The notes: a model not told the origin generated them from the sequence alone. Positions 1 through 9,776 are shown, counted from the first letter of the stretch. The stretch is DNA of 64,000 nt from Candidatus Micrarchaeota archaeon (GCA_016926175.1 JAFGPA010000024.1:279-64278), one strand, 5' to 3'. Numbers and translations are program-made.

Positions 1-61
1 AAATCCAAAAAAATTGAAGCATACTACCTGAATACCATGCTTGGCCTGTACAAGAAAAAAC

Positions 62-1204
62 CTAAGCGCGGAAAAACCACGGAAGGAAATTCAGGATAAA
101 GAATGCCAGCGTTACGTACATCAATGACTTTACGATAAGCTTGTTCCTAACATTTACATCTATCAGCCGGTAACCGTCAAAAAGCGGCAAAGGAAGCAGG
201 TTAACGGCCCCTACTATGAAATTCAGTGCGAATGTAAGTCCCAGGGTTATAAGCACAAAATCGAACACCATCCCCTGCAGCCCGAACATATTCCTCAGCA
301 GCAGCAGTCCCAGGTATGGTATGAAAACAAGAATACTCATTAAGAGGTTTGAAGTTGGCCCTGCAACTACTACCCTGGTTTGTTTCATGGCATCTGATTT
401 TTCAAGTTTTTTCTCATCAGGTTCTATGAAAGCGCCTATAGGTATGATTCCAAACAATACAATTCCTGAAGAAACAACAGGTATTTTCCCTATTCTTGCA
501 AGGATTGCATGGGATCCCTCATGCACCAGCATTACAACTATGAGTGCAATTATTCCCTCAAAAAACGGAAGATTAATCCCCGGAAGCAGAAAGGTGGCGC
601 CCGGGTCTGTTTTCAGTATCTCCTCGCTTCCATAAAGAAAATAATTACCGATTCTTACAAGGACAAATCCTCCATAGAATGCGATTCCTGCAAGTATAAA
701 AAGAAACAACCCGCCAAGAAGCAGGATTCCTGCAACTGTAATGAATCCAAAGTCTCCCAAAGTAACTGAAACAGAACCTGCCGACTCGTCCAGGCTTCCG
801 ATTCCAAGAACGTTAAAGAGAAATACGAATGCCATGGGAGCAACTAAAAACGATGCAATGAACAATACCAGAAATCCGGATAACATGCTTGCAGTGCTTG
901 TATGCTTTCTTGTTATTACCAGGCTCAGCAGCCCATATGCTGCAGTGCTCCCCATATCGCTCATGAAAGTAAAAATTTTCCCGTACCTGGCGGCAATAAG
1001 ATCAATTATCTCGATGCCTTTCTTGCTTTTCAGCAATATGAGGCCGATCTCGTTCGGAAGCTTGTATTTTTTTATCAGTATCCGGCTTATTACAACCATT
1101 TCTATGAATATGATTCCGAATTTCCACAGTCCGGGTATTTCCATTCCAAGAACGGCCCAGAACAGGAATATGCCTAAAGCAATGAGTAATACGAGGAAGA
1201 TCAT
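62..1204 (-). CDS. Site-2 protease (M50 family zinc metalloprotease), integral membrane
   Basis: 380-aa multi-TM ORF with HEGSHA (HExxH) zinc site and downstream PLPLFDGYRL (LDG-type) motif typical of S2P/RseP family. Confidence 0.8.
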   Translation of the reverse strand: MIFLVLLIALGIFLFWAVLGMEIPGLWKFGIIFIEMVVISRILIKKYKLPNEIGLILLKSKKGIEIIDLIAARYGKIFTFMSDMGSTAAYGLLSLVITRKHTSTASMLSGFLVLFIASFLVAPMAFVFLFNVLGIGSLDESAGSVSVTLGDFGFITVAGILLLGGLFLFILAGIAFYGGFVLVRIGNYFLYGSEEILKTDPGATFLLPGINLPFFEGIIALIVVMLVHEGSHAILARIGKIPVVSSGIVLFGIIPIGAFIEPDEKKLEKSDAMKQTRVVVAGPTSNLLMSILVFIPYLGLLLLRNMFGLQGMVFDFVLITLGLTFALNFIVGAVNLLPLPLFDGYRLIDVNVRNKLIVKSLMYVTLAFFILNFLPWFFRA

Positions 1205-1237
1205 GAATAAAATGGGGGCTAGGGCTTTTTATAGCTA

Positions 1238-1726
1238 TTGAAAGAACAAAATATTATGACAGAACTTTCTTGCGATATCTGCGGAGCAACTCCAATAAAG
1301 GCCCAAATACTTATCGAAGGGGCAAAGCTTTTGGTCTGCGGCAGATGTGCCAAAAGCGGCAAAATTCTTCATTATTTCCATGATGAGGAAGAAGCCGAAA
1401 ATCCGCATAAGATATCGGCCCCTCCACCCAAAAGCATCGGGCCGGAAGAGGAAATTGTAGAAAGCTACGGCGAAATCATCCGAAAAGCAAGACAAAAGAA
1501 GAACCTTACCATAGAAGAGCTTGGAGCCAGAATACTGGAAAAGGCCAATTTCCTCCATGCAATAGAAACCGAAAGGCTGAAACCAACAATTTCAGTGGCA
1601 AAAAAACTTGAAAAAGAACTGGAAATCAAAATCATACAATCATCTTCAGGCGATCTATCTCCATCAAATCTCAACCAGGGAAGGAAGGAATTCCATGAGC
1701 CGACCCTTGGGGATTTCAAAGGATGA
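1238..1726 (+). CDS. Archaeal multiprotein bridging factor 1 (aMBF1): Zn-ribbon + HTH
   Basis: N-terminal CDICG...CGRC zinc ribbon followed by XRE-type helix-turn-helix (TIEELGARILEKANFLHAIE); true start may be internal Met MTELSCD (~1256). Confidence 0.75.
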   Translation: MKEQNIMTELSCDICGATPIKAQILIEGAKLLVCGRCAKSGKILHYFHDEEEAENPHKISAPPPKSIGPEEEIVESYGEIIRKARQKKNLTIEELGARILEKANFLHAIETERLKPTISVAKKLEKELEIKIIQSSSGDLSPSNLNQGRKEFHEPTLGDFKG

Positions 1727-1730
1727 ATGA

Positions 1731-2768
1731 ATGGGAGTTGACCTTGGCGATCTTGCAGTAAAAAATCACATCTCTCTGGATGTACTGTCAGGCAAAGCTG
1801 TTGCCGTCGATGCATTCAATATCCTTTATCAGTTTCTTGCATCCATAAGGCAGGAAGACGGAACCCCATTGAGCGATTTCAAAGGCAATATAACCGCACA
1901 TCTTTCCGGCCTGTTCTACAGAAACTGCAAGTTTCTTGATGCGGGAATAAGGCCGGTCTATGTTTTTGACGGGCAGGCTCACAGTTTCAAGGAAAAGGTG
2001 CAATCAGAAAGAAGGGATGTCAAAAGAAAAGCTGAGCAAAAATGGAAAGAGGCGATGGAGCAGGAAAAATATCCTGAAGCGAAAAAATATGCACAGGCAA
2101 CTTCAAGGCTTACCGGAGAGATTATTGAAGAATCAAAAGAACTGCTTTCCAATATGGGAATCCCTGTTGTCCAGGCACCTTCTGACGGCGAAGCGCAGGC
2201 TGCCCTGATGGTGCAAAAGGGCATTGCATATGCAACAGCCTCACAGGACTATGATGCAATGATGTTCGGCTCTCCCATTCTCGTTCGCAATCTTTCCATT
2301 ACCGGAAGAAGAAAAGTTCCAAGACAAAACCGGTTCATCATTGTTGAGCCTGAAATGATCAATCTTCAACAGAGCCTTTCAGCACATAATATCAGCAGAA
2401 CCGATCTAATCCACATCGGAATTCTGATAGGCACTGATTTCAATGAAGGCATTAAAGGCGTAGGTCCAAAAACCGCGCTGAAGATAGTTCAGGAAAAGAA
2501 AACCCTTGATGAAATCATAGGTTATGTAAAAGAAAAATACGACTATCAGTTCGAGGTGGATGCAGAGGAAGTCGAACACATGTTTCTTAATCCTCCGTAC
2601 GCCCCGGTGGAGAACCTCCGCTGGAAGGAGCCGGACGTTGAAAAAATATCAAAACTCCTTGTAGACGAGCATGACTTCTCTGAAGAAAGAATCCACAGAA
2701 TACTGGCTGATTTGCAGGAAAAAACCAGGGAGAGAGCTGCACAAAGCAAGCTGGACCGGTTTTTCTAG
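1731..2768 (+). CDS. fen: Flap endonuclease 1 (FEN-1)
   Basis: MGVDLGDL...SGKAVAVDAFNILYQFLASIRQEDGTPL N-domain and GTDFNEGIKGVGPKTALKI H3TH region are FEN1 hallmarks; 345 aa; starts 5 nt after MBF1 stop. Confidence 0.9.
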   Translation: MGVDLGDLAVKNHISLDVLSGKAVAVDAFNILYQFLASIRQEDGTPLSDFKGNITAHLSGLFYRNCKFLDAGIRPVYVFDGQAHSFKEKVQSERRDVKRKAEQKWKEAMEQEKYPEAKKYAQATSRLTGEIIEESKELLSNMGIPVVQAPSDGEAQAALMVQKGIAYATASQDYDAMMFGSPILVRNLSITGRRKVPRQNRFIIVEPEMINLQQSLSAHNISRTDLIHIGILIGTDFNEGIKGVGPKTALKIVQEKKTLDEIIGYVKEKYDYQFEVDAEEVEHMFLNPPYAPVENLRWKEPDVEKISKLLVDEHDFSEERIHRILADLQEKTRERAAQSKLDRFF

Positions 2769-3370
2769 CGTTCCGGAAAATTCAGCAGGTCTATCTGGTC
2801 GCTTTCCCTTATCAGCTTATGGTCAACAAGGTCAAAGACAATGGAATGGCCCCGGTATTTTGTTTCTCCGCCATCAATGGCAAGATCAACCTGCTCCAGG
2901 ACTTTTTTTTCAATGTCGCCGAATTTTGTCGGTGCGGGCTGCCTGGTCGGATTTGCACTTGTAGTTATTATGGGCCCTCCGAATTTTCGTGCAAGATTCT
3001 GGCAGAATTCATTTTCAGGTATTCTTACCCCAAGTTTTTCAGTGTAGGAAGCGTGAATCCCCCGTTGTTTTTTCAAAATAAATGTATATGGCCCTGGAAG
3101 GTATTTCCTTACTGCCATGTCCTCCCATATTCCAGTTTCACAATAATAATCTATGGCGCCGTAATCTCCTACCATCACAGATAATTCCTTGTCCCTTCCT
3201 ATCCCCTTTATTTTTCTCAGCCTGTCAACCGCCTCTTCATTTGTAGCATCGCAGCCGATTCCATATACTGTGTCTGTAGGATAGACAATTATCTTTCCTG
3301 CCCTGAGCATGCCGTCTGCTGCATTCAATGCAGCATCGAAATCGTCCTTTTTTATTTTCAAAACAATCAT
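2765..3370 (-). CDS. YrdC/Sua5-family L-threonylcarbamoyladenylate synthase (TsaC-like)
   Basis: IVYPTDTVYGIGCDATNEEAVDRLRKIKGIGRDKELSVMV is the YrdC-fold signature; 201 aa, YrdC length with no Sua5 C-domain. Confidence 0.8.
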   Translation of the reverse strand: MIVLKIKKDDFDAALNAADGMLRAGKIIVYPTDTVYGIGCDATNEEAVDRLRKIKGIGRDKELSVMVGDYGAIDYYCETGIWEDMAVRKYLPGPYTFILKKQRGIHASYTEKLGVRIPENEFCQNLARKFGGPIITTSANPTRQPAPTKFGDIEKKVLEQVDLAIDGGETKYRGHSIVFDLVDHKLIRESDQIDLLNFPER

Positions 3371-4866
3371 AGCATATCCTTTTTCAGTTTTTCAATTCCA
3401 ATGGCTGCGATAAGTTTTCCAAGCCGCGGCCCTTTTTTCTTGCCTATCATTGCATCATAAATCTCTGCAAAAAAATCCTTTGGCTGTATGGCACTGGCAT
3501 TTGCAAACTCGAATACTGCATTGTGGACTGCAAGGGCATCCATTCCGCTTTCCAGCGATTCAATGAATTTCCTTACATTTCCCGAAGCTTTTTTTGGAGC
3601 ATAAGTGAAGTTGTAATCATCCGGCATGAATTTCCTGTCTATCCACTCTTCTATGTATGACTTCAGATATTCCACTCCGTCAGGATCACCAGTCATTTCC
3701 TTTACTTTTTCCCAGTCCCGGTAGATCTGGAAATAAAGTAAAGCATCAAGGAACGACTTCCACTTCATTTTATCGGTGCTTAATGCAAATGCGATCCCTT
3801 TTTTCCTGTCAGACCTGCTTGCTTCAGGATCATTCATGTCCACCGTTGAAGCATATTCAAATTCTTCTATCTTCCGCAGTATTTTGTCGCTGTCAGGATC
3901 GATATCGACATTTTCTTCCAGGTCCGGCTTCAGGAGCATGTATTTTATTACCTCTGGCATGAGCAGGGTGCTTATTTCGCTTATTCCCATTCCCGTTCCC
4001 TTTGATTTCGAGTATTTCTTTCCCTTAAATAAAATGAACCCATACTTGTAGGGGATGTGGTATTCCTTTCCGAGGAGGTTCTTTGTTATTGCCTTGCAGG
4101 TATCCTCGCTTCCACCTTTTGTATGGTGATCCATGCCTGCTCCTTCGATGCTTGTTCCGAATATCTGCTTCCATGATGGCCAGTGCAGCCTCCAGACGAT
4201 CTTGTACCTGTGATCACTTATCCTGTTTTTTCCCCGGAACCCACATCCTTTTGTGTATTTGACATCCCGGTCGCAGGCATATTCATAGCTTTCCCCTTCA
4301 TGGGCGGTTACCCTGGTTGTTGCTATTCTGCCGCATTTTTCGCAGACCGGCATTATTGGCGACCAGTCCTTCTTTTCCGTCTTGCCGCTTGTTTCCTCAA
4401 CTATTTTTCTTGCTTCATCAGAATGTTCAAGATAAAACCTTGCCAGCTCATCAAACCTGCCCTGCCGGTAATATTCATTGATCCTCACTATCTCAGCTTC
4501 AATGCCGAACTTTTTCATCAGTTCCCTTGCTTCATCAAGGTAATGGTCTCCAAAACTCCTGCTCTTTCCTGTCGGATCCGGGACATCACAAAGGGGCTTT
4601 CCCAGGTGGGGGGCAAGCTCTTTCGTGTATTCTTCCATCGATTTCGGTACAGAGTCAAAAGCATCGAAAATATCAGCAATAAAATAATACCTGACTTTTT
4701 TCCCCTTTTTTTCCAGGGCTTTTTTTATCGCAGCCGGAAACAGCATTTCGCAAAGGGTCCCAAAATGCACCGGGCCTGACGTTGTCATGCCTCCGGAAAT
4801 AACGTAGGGCTCCTTTTTTTCCACTATTACCCTGTCCGCAAGATTTTCTGACCAGTGCTGATGCAT
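3367..4866 (-). CDS. lysK: Lysine--tRNA ligase, class I (LysK)
   Basis: N-terminus HWSENLADRVIVEK...YVISGGMTTSGPVHFGTLCEM matches the archaeal class I LysRS pattern (HVGN-type motif); KYSKSKG KMSKS-like motif; internal Cys-rich Zn insertion; 499 aa. Confidence 0.8.
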   Translation of the reverse strand: MHQHWSENLADRVIVEKKEPYVISGGMTTSGPVHFGTLCEMLFPAAIKKALEKKGKKVRYYFIADIFDAFDSVPKSMEEYTKELAPHLGKPLCDVPDPTGKSRSFGDHYLDEARELMKKFGIEAEIVRINEYYRQGRFDELARFYLEHSDEARKIVEETSGKTEKKDWSPIMPVCEKCGRIATTRVTAHEGESYEYACDRDVKYTKGCGFRGKNRISDHRYKIVWRLHWPSWKQIFGTSIEGAGMDHHTKGGSEDTCKAITKNLLGKEYHIPYKYGFILFKGKKYSKSKGTGMGISEISTLLMPEVIKYMLLKPDLEENVDIDPDSDKILRKIEEFEYASTVDMNDPEASRSDRKKGIAFALSTDKMKWKSFLDALLYFQIYRDWEKVKEMTGDPDGVEYLKSYIEEWIDRKFMPDDYNFTYAPKKASGNVRKFIESLESGMDALAVHNAVFEFANASAIQPKDFFAEIYDAMIGKKKGPRLGKLIAAIGIEKLKKDML

Positions 4867-4870
4867 AAAA

Positions 4871-5692
4871 TCACATGAGTCTCTTCCAGAAGAAATACTG
4901 CAGCGGGAGCATTCCCATCTCCATTGCCACTGACATTATGAAAATCAAGGCAAAATACAGTATCATTCCTATTATTCCAAATGCCAGGTTCTGGCCAAAT
5001 GCCGCTCCCATCATCATCACCGGCAATATCAGGAATTGCATCAAAATCGCAAATGGTATTGATAATGCAAGAACTATGACAAGCAGTATAAGGTCAAATA
5101 TGAATACTGGCACCACGTTCTTTTTTACCTTGTTTATTGATGCCTTCAGGCTTGCAATAACCCCTGTTTTACTGTATATCACTTCAAGCAGTCCAAACTG
5201 GATGATGAAAAGGAATACAACAAAGGCAATTATGCATGCCACAGCGAAAATGGTCATCAGAATTACAGAAGCGGAACCTGATAAGAGAAGGATTGGAGCG
5301 ATGATTACTGCCAAAATTGCAATCTGAATGGCAATAATTACTAATGTGTATCTGGCAACTGGAAAAAGAAGCTTCCCTGCTTCCCTGATTATCCCAATGC
5401 TTTTCCCTGCTGCCCTTTCACTGACTACCAGGTAAGCTGTTGCTCTTATGACACCTGTAAGTACAATCATGATTATCTGCAATACAATTGTTGCTGCAAC
5501 TGCAACTGCGATGCCTATCCATATATTCCCCATAATTCCGGTACTTACCATGAGCCAGCTTCCAACCATTATTATCGTTGAAATGATTAAAATCAGGTAG
5601 ATAAGCCCATAAATCTTTGAAAAATCAATGGCCAGTTTCTTCCAGTTTTTTTCAAGGAGCTTTGCGCTGTCATTGATTGACTCTTCTATCAT
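4871..5692 (-). CDS. Polytopic membrane protein of unknown function
   Basis: 273-aa ORF with ~6-7 predicted hydrophobic helices; no recognisable motifs. Confidence 0.45.
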   Translation of the reverse strand: MIEESINDSAKLLEKNWKKLAIDFSKIYGLIYLILIISTIIMVGSWLMVSTGIMGNIWIGIAVAVAATIVLQIIMIVLTGVIRATAYLVVSERAAGKSIGIIREAGKLLFPVARYTLVIIAIQIAILAVIIAPILLLSGSASVILMTIFAVACIIAFVVFLFIIQFGLLEVIYSKTGVIASLKASINKVKKNVVPVFIFDLILLVIVLALSIPFAILMQFLILPVMMMGAAFGQNLAFGIIGMILYFALIFIMSVAMEMGMLPLQYFFWKRLM

Positions 5693-5744
5693 AACCTAAA
5701 TACGAGGAACAAACATTTAAAAATCCAATATTCCATAATTCTTT

Positions 5745-5858
5745 TGTTAGCGGTCATAGGAAGGAGGAAACACCTGATCCCATTCCGAACTCAGAAGTTA
5801 AGCTCCTTCACGGTGTTACGAGTACTGCCTTCTGGCGGAAAAGTACACTGCTGCTGAC
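5745..5858 (+). rRNA. 5S ribosomal RNA (solitary; boundaries +/- a few nt)
   Basis: CCCATTCCGAACTCAGAAGTTAAGC loop-B/helix-III consensus; terminal helix I pairing between 5' GTTAGCGGT and 3' ACTGCTGAC; non-coding gap between CDSs. Confidence 0.8.
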
Positions 5859-5890
5859 ACTCATATTAATTTTATCATCTAATTATTTTT

Positions 5891-6403
5891 ATGGAATTCT
5901 ACGATGTTATTCATAAAAGACGTTCAATACGCGCCTTTCTCGGGAAAGAAATTGAATCAGGCAAGCTTGAGCGCATACTCCAGGCAGCCAACAGCGCCCC
6001 TTCTGCAGGCAATCTTCAGGCTTACAGATTATATATTGTAACCTCCCGGGAAATAAAACAGGGAATATGTGAAGCTTCACATGGCCAGGATTTCCTGATG
6101 GAGGCTCCGATTCTGCTTGTTTTCTGCGCAATAAGAAATCCCGGCATGAAATATGGTGATCGCGGAGCAGAATTATACTCTGTGCAGGACGCCACAATAG
6201 CAGCAGCCTACTGCCAGCTTGCAATAACTGCTGAAGGGCTGGGTTCAGTATGGGTGGGCGGATTTGACACATTTGAAGTTTCCCGCCTGCTTAATGCACT
6301 GCCCTATGAAGTTCCGGTAGCTGCAATTCCCATTGGCTATCCTGCAGAGCAGCCTGAAGCTACCGGCAGGAAATCCCTGCAGGATCTTGTGGGTGAAGCC
6401 TGA
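5891..6403 (+). CDS. Nitroreductase-family flavoprotein
   Basis: VIHKRRSIRAF...SAPSAGNLQAYRLYIV motif typical of NADH oxidase/nitroreductase fold; 170 aa. Confidence 0.8.
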   Translation: MEFYDVIHKRRSIRAFLGKEIESGKLERILQAANSAPSAGNLQAYRLYIVTSREIKQGICEASHGQDFLMEAPILLVFCAIRNPGMKYGDRGAELYSVQDATIAAAYCQLAITAEGLGSVWVGGFDTFEVSRLLNALPYEVPVAAIPIGYPAEQPEATGRKSLQDLVGEA

Positions 6404-6651
6404 TGGAACCAAAGGAACGCACCAAAAAAGACCTTGAAAAGCTTGACAGCATAATCCGGATATTCAGGGATGAAGGACTTGGGGAAAAATACCCTGAGAT
6501 TCTGGAATATGCAGAGAACTATGGTGCCGATGCAAAACATTTCTATGAATCCGGAGATTATTTTTCATCATTTGGCGCAGCAAACTATGCCTATGGATAC
6601 ATAGATGCAATCCTTCTTATTGAAGGCAAAAAAGACAATCATGTGCTGTGA
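6403..6651 (+). CDS. Small conserved archaeal protein (DUF357-like)
   Basis: 82-aa ORF; stop overlaps the ksgA start (ATGA); family assignment from memory only. Confidence 0.4.
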   Translation: MEPKERTKKDLEKLDSIIRIFRDEGLGEKYPEILEYAENYGADAKHFYESGDYFSSFGAANYAYGYIDAILLIEGKKDNHVL

Positions 6652-7391
6652 TTATTGTGAGACGCAGAAAATCCCTTGGGCAGTGTTTTCTTGAGGACAG
6701 GAACATACTGCGATTTGAGGCTTCACTTGCAGAGCCTGAAGGAAAGACCGTCCTTGAAATAGGACCGGGAGATGGAAGGCTGACGGAAGCAATTCTTGAA
6801 AAAAATCCGGCCCGCCTCTATGCTGTGGAAAAAGACCGGAGGTTTGCAGACCTTCTCAGGAAAAAATTCAAGTCAGTTGAAATCATAGAAGGAGATTTTC
6901 TGAAAGCAGAACTGCCCGAAGCAGAAATCATAATCGGCAACATTCCCTATTACATTTCATCTGATATTGTCTTCACCCTTGCAAAGCTTGATTTTCACCA
7001 TGCTGTTCTCATGGTGCAGAAGGAGTTTGCCGAGAAAATGGTTGCAATGCCAGGGGAAGGAAATTATGGGCGGCTTTCTGTAACTTCCCAGCTGCATTTT
7101 GACATCTCACTCAGAAAAACAGTTTCAAAACGCCTCTTCAGGCCCATGCCAAAGGTTGACTCAGCCGTCATCGTTCTTTATCCCAAAAAAGTTTCAACAG
7201 ATCCGCATGATGAAAATATAATCCGCTGCCTTTTTTCCCATAAGAACAAAACCGTCAGAAACGCCCTTAAGGATTCAAAACTTGGGGATTTCAATACCGG
7301 AGGATTTTCAGGCAGAAGGGTTAAAACGCTCACAAAGGAAGAATGCATTGAAATTTCCAGAATCATTAAAAACTCCAAATGTTTATCATAA
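6648..7391 (+). CDS. ksgA: 16S rRNA (adenine-N6,N6)-dimethyltransferase KsgA/Dim1
   Basis: LGQCFLED...VLEIGPGDGRLTEAIL (SAM motif I) and IIGNIPYYISS (NxPY catalytic motif). Confidence 0.85.
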   Translation: MIIVRRRKSLGQCFLEDRNILRFEASLAEPEGKTVLEIGPGDGRLTEAILEKNPARLYAVEKDRRFADLLRKKFKSVEIIEGDFLKAELPEAEIIIGNIPYYISSDIVFTLAKLDFHHAVLMVQKEFAEKMVAMPGEGNYGRLSVTSQLHFDISLRKTVSKRLFRPMPKVDSAVIVLYPKKVSTDPHDENIIRCLFSHKNKTVRNALKDSKLGDFNTGGFSGRRVKTLTKEECIEISRIIKNSKCLS

Positions 7392-7404
7392 TCCGGTGAC
7401 TTAG

Positions 7405-7719
7405 ATGGTTAAGACGGTGAAAGAATTTCAAAGCGATCTGAGGGCAATAAGAGCGGACATGTACCGGTCTGAAGGCAATCTTGATATTGCACTTGTGGCA
7501 AGCTGGCTTGACAGGGTGGCAATCTCTCTTGATGAGCTTTCAGAATCACTTGACCTGCTGGCAGTAGAGGTTGAAACCCTCTCAAATAGTTCTGCCAAGC
7601 CGGCAAAAAAAGCAGTTAAATCCGGGAAAAAAGCAGCAAAACCAAAAAAGAAAGCCGCAAAGTCCGGGAAAAAAGCAGCAAAACCAAAGAAAGCCGCAAA
7701 GAAAAAGAGGAAAAGATGA
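7405..7719 (+). CDS. Small coiled-coil protein with histone H1-like lysine/alanine/proline-rich C-terminal tail (putative DNA-binding/nucleoid protein)
   Basis: C-terminal AKPAKKAVKSGKKAAKPKKKAAKSGKKAAKPKKAAKKKRKR encoded by a tandem 42/39-nt repeat; stop overlaps next gene start (ATGATGA). Confidence 0.55.
   Translation: MVKTVKEFQSDLRAIRADMYRSEGNLDIALVASWLDRVAISLDELSESLDLLAVEVETLSNSSAKPAKKAVKSGKKAAKPKKKAAKSGKKAAKPKKAAKKKRKR
7621..7701. repeat. Tandem near-perfect 42/39-nt coding duplication (tccgggaaaaaagcagcaaaaccaaa[aaag]aaagccgcaaag x2)
   Basis: Direct nucleotide repeat read from sequence inside the 7405..7719 CDS; encodes SGKKAAKPKK(K)AAK units. Confidence 0.8.
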
Positions 7720-8585
7720 TGAGATTCCTTTTCTTTCTTACTTTTATCCTGTTTTTAGGCTGTATTCAGGGCGAGCCGGCTTCTCCAGCAATTACTGAAG
7801 AGATCCCTGCCCAGCCTTCAGAGAGTATGCAAGAACCTGCTGTTGCAGGGGAAGTTCCTGAAACGTCTGAAGTTACTGAAATGCCTTCCGAAACAGTTCC
7901 TGCCCAGCCCCTGGAAACGCCTTTTGAAAAAGCATCTGTCAAATCCGATGAAATTACCTACGATAGCTCATCCTGGAAAATACGCGGAACAATGTACCCT
8001 GCCCGGCAGGCAAGCCCGACAAAAGTGATCGTCCTTGTTCCAACGCTGGGAGAATCGCGGAACAGCTATCCATCCAGATTCATTGAAAGGCTGCATGATG
8101 AATTTCCTGAAGCCATTGTTGTGTCAATAGACCCAAGGGGCCAGGGCGAAAGCACGAACCTTGGCAACTGGGAAACATTCGGCATCTTTGATTTCAAGAA
8201 TATGAAACTGGATATCACGGATCTTCAAAAGTATATCGATCCGAAAGCTCCTACGGCAAAAGAGTATTATGTGATCGGCTCAAGCATTGGGTCATCCTCT
8301 GCAGTCAATGCAGCTTCCCAGATGAAATCCATAAATAAAATTGTCATGATCTCACCAGGCGATTATCATGAAGTTGATATAAGCCGTGCGGTTGATTCAT
8401 ATGTCAAGCCGCTTCTTGTAGTTGTTGGGGATGATGATCGTTATTCCTATCAAAAAGCTTTAGAACTGAACCTGCCGAATACAAAAATATACCGGGGGGT
8501 ATCAGCACACGGAACTGATCTTTTTGATGCTACAAAAAATGATCCTGAACCTCTTGAAGAAGCAATCATAAAGTTTCTGAAGTAG
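7716..8585 (+). CDS. Secreted/lipoprotein alpha/beta-hydrolase
   Basis: N-terminal signal peptide with lipobox-like LFLGC; GSSIGSS nucleophile-elbow (GxSxG) and VIVLVPTLGE hydrolase core. Confidence 0.6.
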   Translation: MMRFLFFLTFILFLGCIQGEPASPAITEEIPAQPSESMQEPAVAGEVPETSEVTEMPSETVPAQPLETPFEKASVKSDEITYDSSSWKIRGTMYPARQASPTKVIVLVPTLGESRNSYPSRFIERLHDEFPEAIVVSIDPRGQGESTNLGNWETFGIFDFKNMKLDITDLQKYIDPKAPTAKEYYVIGSSIGSSSAVNAASQMKSINKIVMISPGDYHEVDISRAVDSYVKPLLVVVGDDDRYSYQKALELNLPNTKIYRGVSAHGTDLFDATKNDPEPLEEAIIKFLK

Positions 8586-8591
8586 CTTTAA

Positions 8592-8599
8592 TTTTTTTT
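8592..8599. terminator. Oligo-T tract between convergent genes (candidate archaeal intrinsic terminator)
   Basis: T8 run immediately after the hydrolase stop (8583-8585) and downstream of the convergent dnaJ 3' end. Confidence 0.35.
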
Positions 8600-8633
8600 A
8601 CAGTTTTACCGTTCTGAATAAAACAGACTGTAG

Positions 8634-9776
8634 TCAGATGCTTAGAAATTCAAAAAATCCCGATTTTTTCTCTTTGTCAAATTCCTTCAGCATCTCTTTC
8701 TGCTTTTTGCTGAGTTTTTTCGGAACCTCAATTATAACCCTGACCATTTCATTTCCCTTTCCATTGTTGTGCAATTTTGGCATTCCTTCGTTTTTAAGCC
8801 TGAACACAGTATGTGACTGCGTTCCTGGGGGTATATGGAGTTTTGCCTTTCCAAACAGCGTTGGAACTTCAAGCTCTCCTCCAAGCGCTGCCTGCGGGAA
8901 TGTTATCGGAATATCTATCCACAGGTCTTCTCCATCTCTCTGGAATCTTCTGTGCTCTTTGATGAACACCCTGACAAAAAGATTTCCAGGCCCATGCTTT
9001 CCATACTCTCCAAGGCCTGCAAGATGCATCCTCATACCATTGTGGATTCCAGGCGGGACATCTGCCTTGATATGCTCCTTTGTACTTTCCTTTCCGCTTC
9101 CCTGGCATTTTTTGCAGGGGTTGTCGAATGCTTCTCCCTCTCCATTGCATTTCTGGCAGGTTGTTACAGTGTAAAATGCCATGGGCCCCATTCTTCTTGC
9201 CTGCTTTACCTGGCCTCTTCCGCCACATGCACTGCAATTGGTTTTTCTGCTTCCGGGCTCAGCGCCGCTGCCATTGCAGTGCGAACACTTCCTGGTTCTG
9301 TTATAGCTTATATCCACCTTGGTTCCCTTTGCCGCTTCTTCCAGCGTTATTGCGACCTGCACTTCAAGGTCTGCTCCGATATCGCGATGCCTGCCCATTC
9401 TTCCAAACATCGAGCCGAACATTGATCCGAACATTCCTCCAAAGGGATCTCTTCCGCCAAAAATGTCCTCAAAATCAGAAAAATTCGCCCCCCGGAAAAT
9501 ATCTTCCTGGCTGTACATCTGGTCAAATCCTGCGTGGCCGTACTGGTCATACTGTGCCCGTTTTCTTTCATCGGCCAGCACTGCATATGCTTCGCTGATT
9601 TCCTTGAATTTTTCCGCAGCTGCCGGATCATTGTTGCGGTCCGGATGATACTGCATGGCAAGCTTTCTGTATGCTTTTTTTATCTCATCAGTTGCCGCGT
9701 TCTTTGCAACACCAAGGACTTCGTAGTAGTCTCTCTTCATCTTATCATCTGTATGCGTTGTCTTTGTCCTTTTCAA
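8634..9776 (-). CDS. dnaJ: Chaperone DnaJ (Hsp40)
   Basis: J-domain DYYEVLGV...YHPDRN with HPD motif; G/F-rich linker; four CxxCxGxG zinc-finger repeats; start may be the internal Met MKRDYY. Confidence 0.93.
   Translation of the reverse strand: MKRTKTTHTDDKMKRDYYEVLGVAKNAATDEIKKAYRKLAMQYHPDRNNDPAAAEKFKEISEAYAVLADERKRAQYDQYGHAGFDQMYSQEDIFRGANFSDFEDIFGGRDPFGGMFGSMFGSMFGRMGRHRDIGADLEVQVAITLEEAAKGTKVDISYNRTRKCSHCNGSGAEPGSRKTNCSACGGRGQVKQARRMGPMAFYTVTTCQKCNGEGEAFDNPCKKCQGSGKESTKEHIKADVPPGIHNGMRMHLAGLGEYGKHGPGNLFVRVFIKEHRRFQRDGEDLWIDIPITFPQAALGGELEVPTLFGKAKLHIPPGTQSHTVFRLKNEGMPKLHNNGKGNEMVRVIIEVPKKLSKKQKEMLKEFDKEKKSGFFEFLSI

Noticed and set aside
1-99. + strand open frame running off the left edge and ending at 99 (…KSKKIEAYYLNTMLGLYKKKPKRGKTTEGNSG*)
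   Set aside because: Only 33 codons are visible and it overlaps the convergent S2P 3' end. Whether it is the real C-terminus of an upstream gene cannot be judged.
216-1241. Several 60-170-aa ORFs (216..635, 509..769, 741..1241, 902..1177) antisense to or overlapping the site-2 protease gene
   Set aside because: They lie inside a well-supported 380-aa CDS on the opposite strand or frame, have low-complexity composition, and no motifs. These are typical six-frame shadows.
7600-7705. Short direct repeats that might suggest a CRISPR or mini-satellite
   Set aside because: There are only two units. They are in-frame and encode the Lys-rich tail of a CDS. No CRISPR-like repeat-spacer structure exists anywhere in the window.
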